Positions 58,601 through 64,000 of a stretch of 64,000 nucleotides of DNA are shown here, in pieces. Every line of letters begins with the position of its first letter. The first letter of the stretch is position 1. Origin of the DNA: Stylophora pistillata (taxonomy: Eukaryota); NCBI RefSeq assembly GCF_002571385.2, contig NW_019217845.1, positions 1 through 64,000 on the forward strand, given 5' to 3'. The translations under genes were made by a program, and so were the position numbers. The notes beneath the pieces were generated by a model, which had not been told where the DNA came from, did not search any database, and saw only the letters and a list, made by a program, of their open reading frames with translations.

Positions 58601-61600
58601 GTTCCTAGATGGGGAATTTTATTATGAGGGCATTTTGATTTCCTAGGGAAATAACGCCGGGATCATAATGATGAGTTTAAATTGCAAAAACAAAAATTTC
58701 ATTTGCTGGAGGGGAAGAGGTGGCTTAATATGGTTGGTTCCTTATACTCGGAACTGGTCAGCTCAGACGACCATCACAAACCGTATACTATTATCCAAGC
58801 TTTAATAATTATTCGATCTAAGAGAAATACATTTGTAATTCGAAATCTGAAAAACGCAAATTAAGTCTTAATCTCGTAGCAAAATTGAAGAAAAACGTGA
58901 TTGGAAACTTACTTCTATGGCGGGTCGTAAAAACAAGTTTCTCACTTCAGGTTAGCAGATTGGGGTAAGCGAACAGATTATAAACATGATAAGCTAACAC
59001 TTTTAAATTATTGTACGGAATTAATGTCAATCACGAGTCGTGTAATTAAAATATATCTATCATCAAAGGCAACGCCCATTTACTAAACGAAACAATGCTC
59101 TCCTCGTGGCAATGGTCTATTGTACCTTAGACTTTTGTAGACAATTTCTCTTTGTGTTGATGCCACTACTGGTATATTCTCTTTGACTGTAGACTCAAGG
59201 AGTGGTATCCTGCATGGAAGACACGGCCACATTGTCAAGAGTCAAGGCAAGTGCTTCATTTTGTTATCACTCAAATTTCCATCCAAACAACTAAGTCACA
59301 AAAAACCTCGCAACAGCTGACAAAACTGAACATACAGCAAACTGAACGCTTGTCTTTCTGTACAATGGATGGCTCCCTAGTCTTAATCTGTGTGATTTCA
59401 GTTTTATATATCACGCATGTATTGACTCCAAAAAACTTTTTTAATGGTCACAACTTGGTTCGCGTCATATTTTTTCATAACCTTTGTTAAGGTGTCAGTA
59501 TAATGCTTGAGCAGTAAGTCAACCAAAGTGTGGTTACGTCAGTTTTCCGTAATTCTTAAAGTCAAATATAAGGAAACTTCAAACGTGTCCCCTTCATTTT
59601 AATTGGAAATCGTGAAAAGAATAACTCACTTTCGTATATTCTTTGTTTTCTGCCTTGTGAGAGTTAATCACTACTGGAAGCTGAAAGCTAGTTTCCTACT
59701 TGTTAGGAGAGCAATTTTCAACTAAAAACAAATACTAAAGTAACCATTATAGCCAGACAGAACAAAGGTTAGAATAACTACCAGCCAATTGGAATTTAAA
59801 AAAAAAAAAAAAACAAGCAAACCTTCAGCGCAGGAAAACGCAAACGACTAAATCGAGATTGGTTTCAAATTTGAATCTGATTAGTTGAGAAAGTGGCGCA
59901 AGATTTCTGGACCAATCACAGAGCGATTAGGGTAAAAACAAAGCAATCGCCGATTACTTTCGACACTCAGTTGAAAATTGCTCTAATGACGGAGCAAAGT
60001 AAAGGAAAACCAAAACGATTCCGTCTTCATTTCAACACTTAGTAGAGGTCTGCTTTACATTCAGCACCTTGTTCATCGTTTATGTGCAATGTTCACTCTA
60101 TCAGGGGCGGGTAACAGATGGTTCTACGTAAAGCTCATAAACCACGCCGGCGGCCACGTGAGAGTCAGTCCGGATCAGATTCTCCCGGCCACCACATTGG
60201 ATGTGGATGAATCTCAAGTAGAGTACGCTCGCCTGGAGCCTGGGGATGAGTACAAGAGAATCGTCCTGAGAGCTGTGGATGTTAAGAATGATGAGCCACT
60301 GAAGTTAAACGGGGAATTTACGCTGGCTCTGAGGCCTGATGATGCGGGCGATGTTGCAAGGGTGAAGATGACACGAGGAGGTAAATGGAAGGGAGGAGTG
60401 GGTGGGGAATGAAATAATCGTCGTTATTACCCACTTCACCATCGCCATGTTTTGTTTTTGTTTGTTCTTATCAGACGTCATTTATGCGAAATGCGATAAC
60501 TTTGTCCCAATGGATGGAGAAGGCAAGTTTGAATACCAGATCGCTACAGATGAAACAAAAAGTTGGTTTGACTCTGTCAGAGCCTGCAAGGTAAACGCAA
60601 TTTAGGTTGTAAAGTCTACTCCAGGTGTTCAGTTAGTAACACCGAGAAAATAGTTAACGGTGCGATGGTAGCGGCGGTACATTCTCACGCATGCCACTCC
60701 GGTGCCCGTGATTTCCCGGAGTCGTGCGTCTATTCCCGAGGTCCCTTGGGTCTAATGAACCTGGGATTCCATTTTGAGCGCGGTGGCATGCGTTACGGAG
60801 AAGTGGCATGCGTGAGAACAAGTCTCCCCCCTTCGTTTGCACAGGAGCCTCAGAGCCTAGGGGGCACATTCTCACGCATGCCACTCCGGCGCCCGTGATT
60901 TCCCGGAGTCGCGCGTCTATTCCCGAGGTCCCTTGGGTCTAGTGAACCTGGGATTCCATTTTGAGCGCGGTGGCATGCGTTACGGAGGAGTGGCATGCGT
61001 GAGAACAAGCCTCCTCCCTTCGTTTGCACAGGTGCCTGAGAGCCTAGGGGGAGCGGGGCGGAAACGAGGGAGACTTAGTCGGCTTGGGTTACTCAACTCG
61101 ACCCAGACCTCCCTCGCTTTTTCCCCCCACCGCTGTATCGCTTCTTTTACCATCGCACTTAGTCTTAGCAATTGAAAGCCCAGAGCAGGCTAAGGTTGTA
61201 GATCTTTTCGGCCTCAGGCTTTTGAATTAAGCAGAAAAAGTTTTTCAAAATTTCCAGGGTCGTCCACTTTTTAGAGCAAAGTTCAAAAGTGGTTCCCTCG
61301 AAATGATATCAGTGTGAAAATTGATCTCAACAATTCTTTGTTTTTGAAATTTTTAAGCTTTGTAATTCTGAACTGCTAAGTGTCCACACTAAAGAAGAAA
61401 ACGAGTTTATCACAAGACAACTGCGCAAGTCTTCTGATGTAAACAAACTGTGGATCGGAATGTCCTACAAAGAGAAAGTAAGAATGTGGTCCTGGATTGA
61501 CGGTTCCAGATACAGGTATCTGCTGCTTTGAACTGCCTTAAAATTTAAAATATGTTATTAGAGCGTTTTTCGAATGAGTGTATGTATCAACTTTGTTGGT

Positions 61601-62532
61601 GTCGCGCCGTTTTCCTTTTTCTCTACCGAACGCAGACAGTAGAATTGTAATTGGACCTTAAACTTTTCTTCCGTTTGCAGATACCAAAATTGGAAGGAAG
61701 GCCAACAATACGACGGCAAAGACGAACAGTGCGGTATAATGTACCAGCGGTATGACTGGGGACGATGGGATGATGACAACTGTTATAAACCACTTGGCTT
61801 CATCTGCAAAAGACGTGAGTGAATCAGGAATGTGTGTCACTCAGTATGTAATTCAGTTGGTAAAGCAGTTAGCCAGTCAGCCAGCCAGTCAACCAGTCGG
61901 TAGAGCGATCGGTGGGTCAGTCTGTCGGTTGATCAGTTAATAAGTCCATCTGTTGCATGCAAACAGCCACTGTGAGCTACTGATGAGAGTCGGGTGCAGG
62001 TGAGGACCAAAAGCGTAAGAGCTACTCAAGAAAGCATTACTTGTCCTTTCGTCAGAGGTACTACTCTTCCCTCACACCCCATACACCCCAGTACCAAGTC
62101 TGTCAGTCAGTCAGTTAGCCAGTCTTCTGGTTGGTCGGTTGTTTGGTTAGTCCGTCAGTCAGTCTCTCCATCAGTCAGTCGATCAATTGGTCAGTCAGTC
62201 AGTTCGTCAGTCGATCGGTCGGTTGGTCGGCCAGTCGATCGGTCGGCTGGTCTGTCAGTCGGTCGGTTGGTCGGCCAGTCAGTCAGGCAGTCGGTCAGTT
62301 AGTCAACAAATCGGTCAACCTGTCAGTCAAGAATCTTTTTATTGGAACGTCAGTAAGCCGGTCTGTAGGTCAGTCGACCAGTCAGGTGGTTAGTCTGCTG
62401 TCATTTCAAATATAATCAACTCGTCTTACACTGACGATATTTTTCTCCATTTTAACAGATCGAACAAAGGTTACCGATCAGTTGAAAAGAAAAAACAATT
62501 CGACAACAGCCAAGAGTGGTAAGGCGCAATAA
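55614..62532 (+). CDS. Secreted His-rich protein with two tandem ~90-aa unassigned domains and a C-type lectin domain
   Basis: Exons: 55614-55683 (signal peptide MKMKRHVFGCCLLGLVAIVSVFA), 57539-57778 (RGKR then poly-His), 57912-58184 (repeat 1), candidate 59193-59246 (GC donor), 60105-60380 (repeat 2), 60475-60590, 61358-61515 (LWIGM, WSWIDGS), 61681-61814 (NW..G..., QCG, GRWDDDNC..LGFICK), and 62459-62532 (stop, or an alternative donor at 62519). All phases are compatible. Confidence 0.85.
59708..59986. mobile_element. MITE family with AGAGCAATTTTCAAC TIR (relatives at ~46998-47253, ~56192-56478, ~63700-63970)
   Basis: TIR pair AGAGCAATTTTCAACT / AGTTGAAAATTGCTCT. Shared internal GCGCGGGAAAACGC and CCAATCACAGAGCG. 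Confidence 0.7.
60612..61192. mobile_element. GC-rich hAT-like non-autonomous element with an internal ~187-bp tandem duplication
   Basis: 8-bp TSD AGGTTGTA at 60604-60611 and 61193-61200. Imperfect TIR (AGTCTACTCCAGG / CCCAGAGCAGGCT). Two units at ~60679-60865 and ~60866-61051. Confidence 0.7.
61855..62400. repeat. Degenerate (GTCA/GTCG)n tetranucleotide microsatellite in a lectin-gene intron
   Basis: Runs of gtcagtcagtc / ggtcggtcgg, interrupted at ~61945-62095. Confidence 0.85.
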
Positions 62533-63017
62533 ATGGAAACAATATAAATATAATCCGACAACAAGCACCAAATTTCACTTTGAATATTTAGATGAAAGCC
62601 AAGCTTTCATTCAGTATTTTCGGAAAAACTATTGTTTGTTCCCATCGAAGACTGCTACGTGTCTAAAGGCTTTAATTACGATGTTCTCGACTACCCCTTA
62701 ATCTGACATTAAATAACTGGCAGAATACACATTGTTCGCGGGGCATTTACTTGTAGAGGAGCGAAAATTAGAGATCTGTAATACTGGTAGGGAATCATGA
62801 ACAAGATAAATTTTACAATAATGTTTAGCAGATATAAAACAAACAAACACTTTACAAAGCTTGCTTCTACAGTTAGACAACTTCCGATATTTTCAAAGAT
62901 ATAAAATTACCAAGAATGTTGGATCGATATTAGTATTTGAGCAACTGCGCACCCCCCCCTAACCTAACAATATTCAACTGATAACAAGTTAGGGTTCTTG
63001 TCGGGTTAGTGGAAGAG

Positions 63018-63305
63018 CCCCCCGGTTAGCTCAATGGATAGAGCGCTGGACTGTTGTGCGGGAGGTCGAGGGTTCAAGCCCCGGCCGGACCAACACTCAA
63101 GGTATTAAAATAAATGACAAGAATATGCTACCTTTCTATAACATCAAGAAATGGTCAGATATTCTAGTCTTCTCGGATAGGGACAAATAAATGGAGGTCC
63201 CGTCTCCTGCAAGGTTAGGGGTAGGAGACGTTAATTTCTCACGCACGAGATTACTGTGTAATGGATGTCCTCCCCTGGGGTGGGATGGGTGGGATTTATT
63301 GGGTG
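63018..63305 (+). mobile_element. tRNA-derived SINE, 3'-truncated, interrupting a MITE (62921-63015)
   Basis: Same head and core as 18957 and 52936. Confidence 0.75.
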
Positions 63306-64000
63306 GACTACTCGCATGGTTCGCAAATGTTCCGTTCTAGTCCTACCCTACTGCGGTAATGCAGTAAAAATGGTTAGAAAAAAGAAAAGAGCAGGTGCGC
63401 AGTTGCTCAAGAACCTTTTTGCGCACGGGAAATCTACGATAAGGAATAACAAATAATGATAACAGTATTAGGGATAATTGCATTTGAACGCACTACCCTA
63501 AAGTGTGTGAGTTTCAGTGACGATTCATGACTATGAACTTTAATTAACACTTATTACTTTAAAATGATAGCAAACTGATAATAACCATAATTTAATAATG
63601 AATGAGAATGCAAATAAAATGATTACATTAACCAACTTCGTCGTAAGAGAGATGAATCAACTTTGTTTATGCAAAGATATTAAGTACAATAATATATCAT
63701 TAGAGTAATTTTCAACCACTTGTCGAAAGTGATCCGGGATATCGTTACTTTTAATTTACCTTGCTATGAGATTGGTCTAGAAAACCTGCATCATTTCCAG
63801 GACCAATCAGATTCAAACTAAAACTAATCATGACCAGATAACTCACATTTTCCCGCGTATTTATTTCTTTATCGTCTCATTGGTTCCTTGTGATATTTTC
63901 TTATGTTCTGGTTGGCTGTTGTGGTTTTGTTTGGTTTAGCTCTACGACATTCAATCGAACTGCGCTTTAGTGTAAAGTAAACGGGTTAGTTTAGACAGCT

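Noticed and set aside
61994-62415. Ser/Val/Gly/Arg-rich ORFs
   Set aside because: Translations of a tetranucleotide microsatellite.

Overview
Eukaryotic, intron-rich animal DNA, most consistent with an anthozoan or stony coral (inferred from repeat families and gene style, not proven). There are three N-gaps. Genes in order: (1) the 3' exons of a coronin (+, to 1998); (2) a ~32 kb domino/SRCAP/EP400-type SWR1-family chromatin remodeller (-, 35740 to 3476) with an EP400-like N-terminus, HSA, split SNF2 ATPase, SANT and poly-Q tail; (3) head-to-head with it, RAD54B (+, 36435-54439); (4) an intact AID/APOBEC-like ORF nested antisense in RAD54B intron 8 (-, 41157 to 40546), in which the catalytic HxE glutamate is Phe and the C-terminus is an AID-like nuclear export signal; (5) a secreted protein with an RGKR site followed by a poly-His tract, two copies of an unassigned ~90-aa domain and a non-canonical C-type lectin domain (+, 55614 to ~62532). 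Introns carry a Neptune-type Penelope-like element, several Penelope-derived hairpins with minimal hammerhead-ribozyme motifs (one with a fully intact core), tRNA-derived SINEs with two alternative tails, and several MITE families. The best leads are the nested pseudo-deaminase, a splice-donor read-through that would give a DOM-B/SRCAP-like short isoform from the single domino gene, and the hammerhead hairpins. Exon boundaries were read by eye and may be off by a few bases.
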